Virus record (IMG/VR): IMGVR_UViG_3300029319_009270
Span: 26,545-90,544 of that record
Source: a virus
Reading direction: 5' to 3' (one strand)
DNA: 64,000 nt
Shown here: positions 1 through 8,481 of the stretch, in pieces
Layout of the letters: each line of letters opens with the position of its first letter
Numbering within the stretch: position 1 is the first letter of the stretch
The notes under the pieces: generated by a model
The model's database searches: none
Seen by the model: the letters and a program-made list of their open reading frames with translations, nothing else
Told to the model about the DNA's origin: nothing
Made by a program: the position numbers and the translations under genes

Positions 1-415
1 CATGTCCAAATTCTTCCTCATATTGAAGAATCATTTCTTGAATATTTTTTGCAATGGATACAGCATGGGAAGGTATCCTAACAGTACTCTTATTTGTACT
101 TATGTGACGTGTGACAGATTGTCTAATCCACCAGCACGCATAAGTTGAAAACTTATAACCTTTTCGCCAGTCATACTTTTCAACTGCTTTCATAAGACCA
201 ATATTTGACTCTTGAATTAAGTCCTCCATACTACAACCTGACTTGTAATACTTCTTTGCTATGCTAATAGCCAAACGCAAATTCGCAGTGATCATTTTTT
301 CTCTTGCTTTTTCATCACCCTGCTCAATTCTTTTTGCGAGACTAATTTCCTCTTCATGTTTAAGTAGCTTATGTCTACCAACTTGTTTAAAATAATGTGT
401 TAACACATCACTCAT
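1..415 (-). CDS. RNA polymerase sigma-70 family factor (RpoD/RpoS-like), 3'-truncated by window edge
   Basis: Not in the ORF track. Manual translation from ATG at 415 (RBS GAGG): MSDVLTHYFKQVGRHKLLKHEEEISLAKRIEQGDEKAREKMITANLRLAISIAKKY...DLIQESNIGLMKAVEKYDWRKGYKFSTYACWWIRQ, matching sigma regions 1.2 and 2.1-2.4. Confidence 0.95.
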   Translation of the reverse strand, partial: MSDVLTHYFKQVGRHKLLKHEEEISLAKRIEQGDEKAREKMITANLRLAISIAKKYYKSGCSMEDLIQESNIGLMKAVEKYDWRKGYKFSTYACWWIRQSVTRHISTNKSTVRIPSHAVSIAKNIQEMILQYEEEFGH

Positions 416-454
416 ACGTACACCTCTTGTTAAATTTTATTTATTAATATTTAA

Positions 455-483
455 ATTATAACTTTTAATTAATTAATTTGCAT
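455..483 (-). promoter_or_regulatory. Putative class-1 promoter ATGCAA-N17-TATAAT upstream of the sigma gene
   Basis: Exact TATAAT with 17-nt spacer; same architecture recurs at more than 10 sites. Confidence 0.65.
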
Positions 484-488
484 GTGTA

Positions 489-743
489 TTAAGAATAGAT
501 TTTTCTATTCTGAATTTCACGCTGGATATAACAAAGATCAATTTCTCTATGCTTTACATTTCGCTTTTGTCTTTTCCCTTTGTTAATAACACCTCTAATA
601 TCTAAAAATATTTTTCTTAGATCATCATCGGTCATCTTAGCTAAAGTATCTTCTGTGATAGGTCTTCTTCTAGACCTTGAAAATCCTTTTCCCTTAAAAT
701 TTGATAAACGACTATTGTCAGAATTATTTTCTTGCAATGACAT
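489..743 (-). CDS. Hypothetical basic protein
   Basis: ORF in the co-oriented gene string. Confidence 0.7.
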   Translation of the reverse strand: MSLQENNSDNSRLSNFKGKGFSRSRRRPITEDTLAKMTDDDLRKIFLDIRGVINKGKRQKRNVKHREIDLCYIQREIQNRKIYS

Positions 744-746
744 AAC

Positions 747-956
747 TTATCTCACTAAATATTTATTTTTAATTATCTTGTTAAGAATTTTTTCCAAAGA
801 GTATTTCTCAATGGATATATCCATTATAACATAAAAAGGACTAGTTTTATCATTTTTTTCAATTATTTTTTTAATTATTTTTTTTCGATACAAATAATCA
901 ATAACAATATCGACATAGTCTGGATCGTCAAATAGTATAGTTACTTTTTTTCTCAA
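747..956 (-). CDS. Hypothetical protein
   Basis: ORF fills the gap between neighbours. Confidence 0.55.
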   Translation of the reverse strand: MRKKVTILFDDPDYVDIVIDYLYRKKIIKKIIEKNDKTSPFYVIMDISIEKYSLEKILNKIIKNKYLVR

Positions 957-968
957 TGAATACTCTAA

Positions 969-1331
969 CTAATATAAAATAGGTTTTCCATTTTTAAGTA
1001 TCGGACGCTTGTTGTACGAAATAACCTTAATTGTTTTTACACCGGGCAGCTGTTTAATTGCTTTAGACATTTCATCTAAATTAGCATAAAGATCTGACGA
1101 TTCCGGTAAGTACTTAATACTTAAACCAATTCTTGCGCCTCCGCCTTGCAACCTATCAACTTTTTCTGTCTGCCCTACAACAGCAAACCCGGGTAATGCT
1201 CTCATTCGAGTCATTAGATCAGGTACATGTGTATCATAATCTAATGCAATATAAACTTCGGTCTTAAATAACTTGTACTTAAGGCGATAAATATTTTCTA
1301 CAAATATATCTAAATCTTTTTTATTGCTCAT
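969..1331 (-). CDS. Hypothetical phage protein
   Basis: 120-aa ORF preceded by the ATATTTAT motif. Confidence 0.75.
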   Translation of the reverse strand: MSNKKDLDIFVENIYRLKYKLFKTEVYIALDYDTHVPDLMTRMRALPGFAVVGQTEKVDRLQGGGARIGLSIKYLPESSDLYANLDEMSKAIKQLPGVKTIKVISYNKRPILKNGKPILY

Positions 1332-1351
1332 GCATATAAATATCTTTTAGC

Positions 1352-2941
1352 TTAGAAACTTTCTGTTTCTTTTGAAATTTCTTCCACCATTGCGCATTCT
1401 GATGTTAGGAGCAATGTTGCAGCTGAACATGCATTTTGGATCGCGCAACGAACAACTTTAACAGGATCAACAACACCTAAGTCAAACATATCTCCAAATT
1501 CTTCTTTTCTAGCATCATACCCATAAGACACATGATTTTTTTCCGCAATTTTTTCTATAACCATATCAGGAGATCTACCTGTATTTTTAACTATTTGTTT
1601 TATCGGGGATAAACATGCTTGCTTTACGATTGAATATCCTGGATCATCTGTGATGTCACTAGAGCTTATATTATGTGATGCTCTAACTAAAGCGACGCCA
1701 CCACCTGGAACAATTCCTTCCTGCAAAGCAGCACGTGTTGCATGCAAAGCGTCATCTACCCTGTCTCGTCTTTCAATCATCTCAGCTTCTGTGCTAGCTC
1801 CAACTCGTAATAATGCAACTCCACCGTTTAGCTGATGTGCTCTATATTTTAATGTTTCATACTCGTTTGTTTCCAAATCAGGTGATTCCATTCTTTGCTT
1901 AATACTTTCTAATCTTTCTTTGACGCGTTCATCAACAGACTTGTTAGCAACAAATAACGTTGAAGATCTCTTAACAATTACTTTCTTGCAAGTCCCAAGA
2001 TCATCAACAGTAAAATCATCAATAGAGTTTGAATTGTCAAATACTTTTGCTCCAGTTAGACATGCTAGGTCATGAAGCATGTCGTACCTAGCACTTCCAA
2101 AACCAGGAGACTTAATTGCACAAACTTTTAAATTACCTTTGACTCTGTTAACTACCAACCCTTGAAGCGCTTCATTGTCAATATCATTTGCAACAACGAG
2201 TATAGGCTTCCCAGTTTCCAGCACTGATTCTAGAGGCTTAATGATATCCTTCATTGTATCTAACTTTTTATTGCATAAAAATACAAAACAATTTTCTAGG
2301 AGCGCATGCATCTTATCTTGGTCAGTGATAAAGTATGGGGACAAATATCCTCTATTTAATTGTACACCTTCCACGATTGTAAGCTCGCTTTTGTAACCTT
2401 TGGCTTCTTCGACCAAGACACTCCCGTCAACACCAACCCTAGATATTGCGTTAGTTATTAGTTCAGCAATTTCTTCCTCTCCATTAGAAGATATTAGCGC
2501 AATCTGTTTAAGCGACTGCTTATTTTCTATAGGCTTGGCTGATTCTTTTAACTGATCAACAATATCACTAACAGCACTTTCCATACTTTTTCTCAGTAAT
2601 ACTGAATCTTGTCCTGATGATATCATTCTCAAACCTTGCTCATATAAAGCTTGAGTCAACACTGTCGCAGTTGTCGTTCCATCTCCTGCTTCCTCAGCAG
2701 ATCTAGAAGCTGCTTCTTTAACAACTTGAACGCCTAAGTTTTGAAACTGATTTGAAAGATTAATTGCTTTTGCAACTGTAACACCATCTTTTGTAACAAT
2801 TGGATGTTGACCAGGTCTTTCAATTAGAACTGTCTTGCCACGTGGTCCCATTGTTGTTCTAACTGCACTGGCTAATATATCAACACCTTGTCGAATACTT
2901 TCCCTTACCTCATGGTCAAATTTAACTACTTTTCTTGTCAT
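1352..2941 (-). CDS. groEL: Chaperonin GroEL (phage-encoded)
   Basis: TMGPRG, VTKDGVTVAK, AGDGTTTATV, GIVPGGG and DPVKV motifs; no GGM tail. Confidence 0.97.
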   Translation of the reverse strand: MTRKVVKFDHEVRESIRQGVDILASAVRTTMGPRGKTVLIERPGQHPIVTKDGVTVAKAINLSNQFQNLGVQVVKEAASRSAEEAGDGTTTATVLTQALYEQGLRMISSGQDSVLLRKSMESAVSDIVDQLKESAKPIENKQSLKQIALISSNGEEEIAELITNAISRVGVDGSVLVEEAKGYKSELTIVEGVQLNRGYLSPYFITDQDKMHALLENCFVFLCNKKLDTMKDIIKPLESVLETGKPILVVANDIDNEALQGLVVNRVKGNLKVCAIKSPGFGSARYDMLHDLACLTGAKVFDNSNSIDDFTVDDLGTCKKVIVKRSSTLFVANKSVDERVKERLESIKQRMESPDLETNEYETLKYRAHQLNGGVALLRVGASTEAEMIERRDRVDDALHATRAALQEGIVPGGGVALVRASHNISSSDITDDPGYSIVKQACLSPIKQIVKNTGRSPDMVIEKIAEKNHVSYGYDARKEEFGDMFDLGVVDPVKVVRCAIQNACSAATLLLTSECAMVEEISKETESF

Positions 2942-3129
2942 CCCTTTAAAACCCTTCTATTTGTAGAACTTTCAATTAATCTTTGGGGTACGTGAATGAC
3001 TCTTCTAGTTTTTGTCAATATATTTTCTGCAACATACTTATCGCCAACACTAATGGCAACCTCTGTGTCGGTAATTATTTTTTCTTCCCTTAACAACTCT
3101 TGGGTTTGATTACTCAAAGTTTCATTCAT
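2938..3129 (-). CDS. Small hypothetical protein, coupled to groEL
   Basis: ATG at 3129 with GAGAGG RBS; ATGA overlap with the groEL start. Confidence 0.65.
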   Translation of the reverse strand: MNETLSNQTQELLREEKIITDTEVAISVGDKYVAENILTKTRRVIHVPQRLIESSTNRRVLKG

Positions 3130-3130
3130 A

Positions 3131-3931
3131 CTAAAGCCTCTCAAATGTCTTAATATAATTGTTCCATGTTTTTTCTTTTAACATTGAATCAAATCCTAAC
3201 TCGAGAAAATAATCTTGTAAACTTTGAGAATCTAATTTAGATGTTATAATTTCCATTTCATTTTCAGCATTACTAAGATCAACCAATCTAATCAAATTTA
3301 TATTTCTATCAAATATTTCTCGCTTTACAGGGTCTTTTAAGAATTCCATAAGCAAGTCAGGATTACGCATAAGTTTGTCTGCAGTTTTATCTCCCACTTT
3401 GGGAATTCCTTTAATGTTGTCAGTCGGATCGCCTCTCAAGGCTTTCCATGTAACATAATCATACGCTGGCTTTTCAATCTCTTTTTTCTTAACGGGATTG
3501 TAAAGTGTCACATTGCAAACGTTGTGAAGTTGAATAAAATCAGAATCACTGCTGATTACAAAACAATCGTCGCCGTTTTTTGCGTGTTTATAAACATATG
3601 TTGCAATAACATCATCGCATTCAAAATCAGGATGTCGAACTGTTATAAAAGGCATGTATGTTTTAACTGCTTCAATTATTGAAGCCTTCTGTTCATGAAA
3701 ATGTTTCCCGGGATTTTTTCTATTAGATTTATATTGGCCTTCGCTTAATGTGCTTCTGTGTTTTGGTTTACCTTCAAGAACAAAATAAACCAAATCAACC
3801 TTATACTTGTCAACAAGTGGTCGCACGCCTCTAAAAAAATTATAAATTACGTAATTATCTCCCTTGGTAAAACCTGACCTAGCTCTGTAAATTAAGTTAT
3901 AAGCATCAAGAAACAGTACTCTCTTTTTCAT
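3131..3931 (-). CDS. 5'-3' exonuclease / flap endonuclease (PolI N-terminal, T4 RNase H family)
   Basis: LFLDAYNLIYR, ECDDVIA, SSDSDF and LRGDPTDNIKGIPKVG (H3TH). Confidence 0.93.
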   Translation of the reverse strand: MKKRVLFLDAYNLIYRARSGFTKGDNYVIYNFFRGVRPLVDKYKVDLVYFVLEGKPKHRSTLSEGQYKSNRKNPGKHFHEQKASIIEAVKTYMPFITVRHPDFECDDVIATYVYKHAKNGDDCFVISSDSDFIQLHNVCNVTLYNPVKKKEIEKPAYDYVTWKALRGDPTDNIKGIPKVGDKTADKLMRNPDLLMEFLKDPVKREIFDRNINLIRLVDLSNAENEMEIITSKLDSQSLQDYFLELGFDSMLKEKTWNNYIKTFERL

Positions 3932-4445
3932 TAATCACCTCTTCAGCATTATTGCTTTTATTAGCACCATTTATTATAACACTTTTTATATCTTTTTGCA
4001 CGTGATTATCATTTTCATTAATTTTTTTACTATCACTACTCTTTGAAAGAACTCTAGCTTTATCTTTTATCTTGTTGATTGTTTTCTTTTTTTCTACAAA
4101 CAAGTCCATGACTTCATCAGCTCGAGCTTCTGATGATATGTCAACATATGAATCTCCAAAGATTTGATCTTTCATTGTTATGGCATTGTTAATTAACTGT
4201 TCTACGCTATTCCTAGTGTTATCAAGCATAAAATTTCTAAGTAAAGATATATCATTAAAAACTCTCGCGGATACCTCGTTAAGTGTTACTGTCGTACCAG
4301 CTTTGTCAGGCATTTTTAAAACAAACTGCGTCGATACATCGTTAACAGTTTTTCTTGTTATCTCTTCCACTATTAAAGCAGGCATAATTTTCAAAGTTTT
4401 AGGACTAAGCAAATAAACTACTTGACCCACTTTATAATCTATCAT
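3906..4445 (-). CDS. Hypothetical protein with N-terminal YKVGQVVY (KOW/SH3-like start)
   Basis: 179-aa ORF. Confidence 0.7.
   Translation of the reverse strand: MIDYKVGQVVYLLSPKTLKIMPALIVEEITRKTVNDVSTQFVLKMPDKAGTTVTLNEVSARVFNDISLLRNFMLDNTRNSVEQLINNAITMKDQIFGDSYVDISSEARADEVMDLFVEKKKTINKIKDKARVLSKSSDSKKINENDNHVQKDIKSVIINGANKSNNAEEVINEKESTVS
3973..4001 (-). promoter_or_regulatory. Putative class-1 promoter GTGCAA-N17-TATAAT for the exonuclease-groEL unit
   Basis: Exact TATAAT with 17-nt spacer, inside the 3' end of the upstream ORF. Confidence 0.6.
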
Positions 4446-4456
4446 ATTGTCACCAT

Positions 4457-4482
4457 AAAAAAAGCTACCCTAAGGTAGCTTC
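4457..4482 (-). terminator. Rho-independent terminator
   Basis: AAGCTACC-ttag-GGTAGCTT hairpin followed by a U-tract on the minus strand. Confidence 0.75.
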
Positions 4483-4507
4483 ATTATAACAAGGAAACAT
4501 GAAAAGT

Positions 4508-4699
4508 TTAATGATTCATTCTGTTTATTTCTTTTTGTAATTGCTCAGTTTCAACTAAAACTTCTTTTCCTGACGACTGTTTGTAAATTGTTAAATTAAG
4601 GTTATTCAATTCTCTCATTAATCTAACTTCACTTCTATGTCCGCCGTAAGTTTGAAACAGCCTTATCAACCTTTCAATTGTTTTCTGATGTAATTTCAT
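4508..4699 (-). CDS. Hypothetical protein
   Basis: ATGA overlap with the upstream ORF. Confidence 0.65.
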   Translation of the reverse strand: MKLHQKTIERLIRLFQTYGGHRSEVRLMRELNNLNLTIYKQSSGKEVLVETEQLQKEINRMNH

Positions 4700-5325
4700 T
4701 CGTATCCAAATCCAAGACCAGGAATTAATCTTCCTTGATTAGTGTAACCTTTTCTAGAGTACTTAGGCTTTTTATTGCCGTACAACCAAGAACTATCGCT
4801 TTCATACTCATCAATTTGATCGATTTCACTTAAAATGTTTTGAACCTCTTGAGCAACAATTCTTTTTAAATGATTTTCTTGCAATGCTCTTTTACGTCTA
4901 TCATTATTTTGTTTTCTTGCATTGTCGATTTTCATCAGCTTTTTAGCTCTTCTGATTTCACTCATAAGGACTGCTATGTCGACTTCAACCATTTCATTCA
5001 TAGGATCCATTCCATGGCCCTCGTCATAGTGTCCCATGCCTTCACCATAGTTACCCTCGTTCTGCTCCTTCGCCTTTTCATCTTCATCATCTTCTCTAGC
5101 TTTTTTCATAGCGGCTTTAGCATCATCATGGGCTTTTTTACCGGCGCCGGGTTCTTTCTTGTCGCCGCCTTCTGATTTCTCATTGAGTTGATTACCGTAA
5201 TAGAAGTCTGTAACATCACTAAGACCTGGATCTTCAAGATGACTTCTGTTACTTGCCTCATTTAAGGTTCGTGTGGTGTTTTGAACACCTGCTAATTTAC
5301 AAATTCTATCAAAGTTAATATGCAT
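4696..5325 (-). CDS. Acidic/charged hypothetical protein, putative head-internal or scaffold-type
   Basis: RICKLAG start, several LNE/LQE/MNE motifs, strong RBS, ATATTTAT motif upstream. Confidence 0.7.
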   Translation of the reverse strand: MHINFDRICKLAGVQNTTRTLNEASNRSHLEDPGLSDVTDFYYGNQLNEKSEGGDKKEPGAGKKAHDDAKAAMKKAREDDEDEKAKEQNEGNYGEGMGHYDEGHGMDPMNEMVEVDIAVLMSEIRRAKKLMKIDNARKQNNDRRKRALQENHLKRIVAQEVQNILSEIDQIDEYESDSSWLYGNKKPKYSRKGYTNQGRLIPGLGFGYE

Positions 5326-5378
5326 TTCATATTCCTCCTGCGAATAAATATGTAAGATAATCTGTTTTTTCTAATTTA

Positions 5379-5729
5379 TTATTCTAAATTATTTCTTACA
5401 TTCTGACCGATCTTGAGACCTTTTTCTGCAGCAACCTGCAACGGTTCCAGACCCAATGCATTTCTGACTTTGTCGTATGTTTGCACATCAAGCTTATTTT
5501 TGAGAACAAGCATGTCAGCATACTGGTGTAAATCCCATTCAAAAACGGGTACCTCTTCACCATTCAACCCGGGTTCTGTTGAGTCTGTCTGCCTACTTTC
5601 AAATATAAAAAGCATTCTAGGCATTTCTTCATTTTGCGGAACCATTATAAAAGGTATATGCGATGACGTCCCTTCCTCAGATTCCTCGTACATTATTTCT
5701 GGTATCCAGTTTGATTTTTTATTTTTCAT
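5379..5729 (-). CDS. Hypothetical phage protein
   Basis: 116-aa ORF with GAGG RBS. Confidence 0.75.
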   Translation of the reverse strand: MKNKKSNWIPEIMYEESEEGTSSHIPFIMVPQNEEMPRMLFIFESRQTDSTEPGLNGEEVPVFEWDLHQYADMLVLKNKLDVQTYDKVRNALGLEPLQVAAEKGLKIGQNVRNNLE

Positions 5730-5781
5730 TTCATAACCTCTTTGATATCATTATAAAGAAATAAAAAATTAATGTTAAATT

Positions 5782-7032
5782 TTATTTAAATCGAATTTCT
5801 TGTAAATTGTTTGCAACTATATCGATTCCTTTTACAATTTTTTCAATATCAGGCGATGCTAATATCGGAGCAGAATATTCTGGTGGTAACACTTTTTTAG
5901 CTGGGCCATCCCAATAATGTGATGGATAAATAAATGGATCATGAGTTCTGCTTAAGAAATATTGAAGCTGCTTTCTTGCATACTTTAATTGTATTACAAA
6001 ATATTTTAATAAATTTCTAGCAATTCTTTTCGCTAATTTTTTTAACGATTCTTCAGGAGCCTTTACGCTAGTATTCCTTTCGAAAGGATTTAAAGAGGAA
6101 GTTTTATAATCCATATTTAAAGCTAAAGATCTTTGAATTAATTCGCTATTAATATTGTAGCCATGTGGATTAATTATCAAAGATATGTCAGTAAAAAGCT
6201 GATTGACAGCATAATTTGAATATGTAGCTGTTTCAGGAATGTCAGATATTCCTTTGAAAAGTTGATTAAAACCACGAATTATTTGATTTAAAGTTGTATT
6301 AACTTTTGAAGCCATGTAATTAACTGTACTAGCTGATGGTGCTTCACCAAATTTCACTGCTTCTGTTATGTAGTAAGGAACCCCTGGCTTTTCTAAGTCT
6401 GGCGGAACAGGAGATCCCGGGAGGTTAGGTGGCTGGAATGTTGAAAACAAACCTTTTGATAAATTTAAAACATCATAAAAATAATAGACCATAAAATTTG
6501 ATTTAATTTCATTAGTGTAAGTGATAAGTTCAGGTACAATTTTTCCAGATGTTCCTAAAACTTTATTAGCGATATCGTTTTTAAGCTCTGCGCCCTTACT
6601 GTTAATTTCAATTTTAATGACTTCATCAATTTCAGATGTTGTTTCAACATCCTTTGATCGATCTAGTAATTTACTAATTTGTCTTCTAACAAACCCAGAC
6701 TCATCAATTCTTTGAACTTTTACAATTCCACGCTTAGAAACAATGTCTAAAATTTCAGATTCTGACATCATGATCTGTGAACTATTTTTTTGAGCTAATC
6801 GATCTGATTTCTTCTTTAAGAATTTTAAAGTCTGAATAGCACTTTGGAGTCTTGCTGCTTCTTTTCTATAGAATTTTTTATTTTCAGATTTTTTAATCGT
6901 ATCTTTGACTAGTTTCAAGTCGTTTATTAATTCGTCAATTTTTGTGCTATAATCTGGCGTGCCCAATGTTAAAAGCTTTTCTTGAGCAGCAGCTTCTTTT
7001 ATCATGTTATCAATATTTTTTGATATACTCAT
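5782..7032 (-). CDS. Hypothetical protein
   Basis: 416-aa ORF. Confidence 0.8.
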   Translation of the reverse strand: MSISKNIDNMIKEAAAQEKLLTLGTPDYSTKIDELINDLKLVKDTIKKSENKKFYRKEAARLQSAIQTLKFLKKKSDRLAQKNSSQIMMSESEILDIVSKRGIVKVQRIDESGFVRRQISKLLDRSKDVETTSEIDEVIKIEINSKGAELKNDIANKVLGTSGKIVPELITYTNEIKSNFMVYYFYDVLNLSKGLFSTFQPPNLPGSPVPPDLEKPGVPYYITEAVKFGEAPSASTVNYMASKVNTTLNQIIRGFNQLFKGISDIPETATYSNYAVNQLFTDISLIINPHGYNINSELIQRSLALNMDYKTSSLNPFERNTSVKAPEESLKKLAKRIARNLLKYFVIQLKYARKQLQYFLSRTHDPFIYPSHYWDGPAKKVLPPEYSAPILASPDIEKIVKGIDIVANNLQEIRFK

Positions 7033-7038
7033 TGCTGT

Positions 7039-7740
7039 TTATCTCGCCATTAAAACTCTTATCTTTCTTCTTAGATCTTCTTTTCTTTGATTTTCATTGA
7101 CTGCTATCGGAGGAGATGTGTCTTCTTCTTCACCTTCCCCTTCTGGCTCTGCTTCAGCTTTAGGTTCCTCAACATCTGCAGCAGCTTTTTCATCAGCCTT
7201 CTCATCTCCCGTAACAAAATCAATTGAAACAGGTGGGTCACCAGGATCTTGTGCATCATTACCGCTAACAGATCTATTTAATATTTTTGATAATTCATCT
7301 AAGAAAGTATACAAGACTTGTCGTTCATTCTCATCTAATCTTTCATAATAAACATTTAAACTACCCTCAACTTCGTCATCTTTTAAAGAATGACCAGCCC
7401 TTAAATTATTGATAGCTTTTTTAATTGCACCAAAAGAAACTTTTTCAACCGGCTCTGATTCAGCTTTAGTATCATCAGGTGCATCAGCTGCAGCGCCTTC
7501 ATCATCTTCAGGCGGTAGTAGATCACCTTCAGCTTCTGCTGCTGCATCACCTTCATCTTCAAGAGGTTCGAAAGGTTGATCTTCATCAACCTCTTCAAGT
7601 GTGTATACATCCATATCTTTGCGTCTTAGTTCTTGATATTGTCTTGCATAAGGATCTCTTGATTTCTTGTAAGCTTCTTCTGCTACTAGCTTTAAGAACA
7701 TATTTAATTGTTTCTCATTTTTAATATTAAAGTTCGACAT
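7039..7740 (-). CDS. Highly acidic hypothetical protein (putative virion/prohead protein)
   Basis: 233-aa D/E/A/P-rich ORF. Confidence 0.75.
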   Translation of the reverse strand: MSNFNIKNEKQLNMFLKLVAEEAYKKSRDPYARQYQELRRKDMDVYTLEEVDEDQPFEPLEDEGDAAAEAEGDLLPPEDDEGAAADAPDDTKAESEPVEKVSFGAIKKAINNLRAGHSLKDDEVEGSLNVYYERLDENERQVLYTFLDELSKILNRSVSGNDAQDPGDPPVSIDFVTGDEKADEKAAADVEEPKAEAEPEGEGEEEDTSPPIAVNENQRKEDLRRKIRVLMAR

Positions 7741-8074
7741 GTTTCAGTGCTCTCCAAAATAATTCTTCATCTATAACTATCGTACATAAATCATTTTTTT
7801 TATCATTGTCATGATATAATCTAACTAATTTAAATTTCAAAGGAGTGTTAAATTCAATTATTTTTTCCCTATAAGTGATATCGTTTAAAACAACTGTTTC
7901 TCTTAAATCATCTATAAAATTATTAAATGTTAAATAAGCCTTTTTATTTTCTACAAGCAATTCCCTAAGTATGTTTACATTGTTATTTTCATTCTTTACA
8001 TAATTAGTATCGAATAATTTTTCTTTTGTCAAAATATTTTTAAGTGAGTCACTAATTAAAAAATTTTCTGACAT
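7727..8074 (-). CDS. Hypothetical protein
   Basis: 115-aa ORF, tightly coupled to neighbours. Confidence 0.65.
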   Translation of the reverse strand: MSENFLISDSLKNILTKEKLFDTNYVKNENNNVNILRELLVENKKAYLTFNNFIDDLRETVVLNDITYREKIIEFNTPLKFKLVRLYHDNDKKNDLCTIVIDEELFWRALKHVEL

Positions 8075-8076
8075 TT

Positions 8077-8481
8077 TTAATTCTCAATAAAATAATTGAC
8101 ATCTGAATAAAGTTCATCACTTATTTTTTTAATTTTTTTATCTTGTATTGTAATTCCATCAAAACCATGTGTATAAGTTTCTACTATAACCTCTAAATTA
8201 TCAACAACAATTTTGCAATGGTGATTAATTTCAAATTGATATTTGTATAATTCGTTAACAAAATACATGACATGTTTCTTATCTTTAAAAGTATAAGTAC
8301 GAACTAATCTTTCGGGATTAGTCGCAATAACCCACTCAGAATTATCCTCAATACTTATTGGAATATCACCTTGCGGATTCGAATCAAAATGCTTCATCCC
8401 TAAAAGAGCATTGCTAATTTTTGCTAAATCAACTGTATCGTTAACATCATTGCTTTCCCTTAAATATCTTATTAAACTCAC
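8077..8481 (-). CDS. Pterin-4-alpha-carbinolamine dehydratase (PCD/PhhB)-like protein with N-terminal extension
   Basis: W...L.RTYTF...FVN......NHH...YTH..DGIT.QD pattern. Confidence 0.8.
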   Translation of the reverse strand: MSLIRYLRESNDVNDTVDLAKISNALLGMKHFDSNPQGDIPISIEDNSEWVIATNPERLVRTYTFKDKKHVMYFVNELYKYQFEINHHCKIVVDNLEVIVETYTHGFDGITIQDKKIKKISDELYSDVNYFIEN

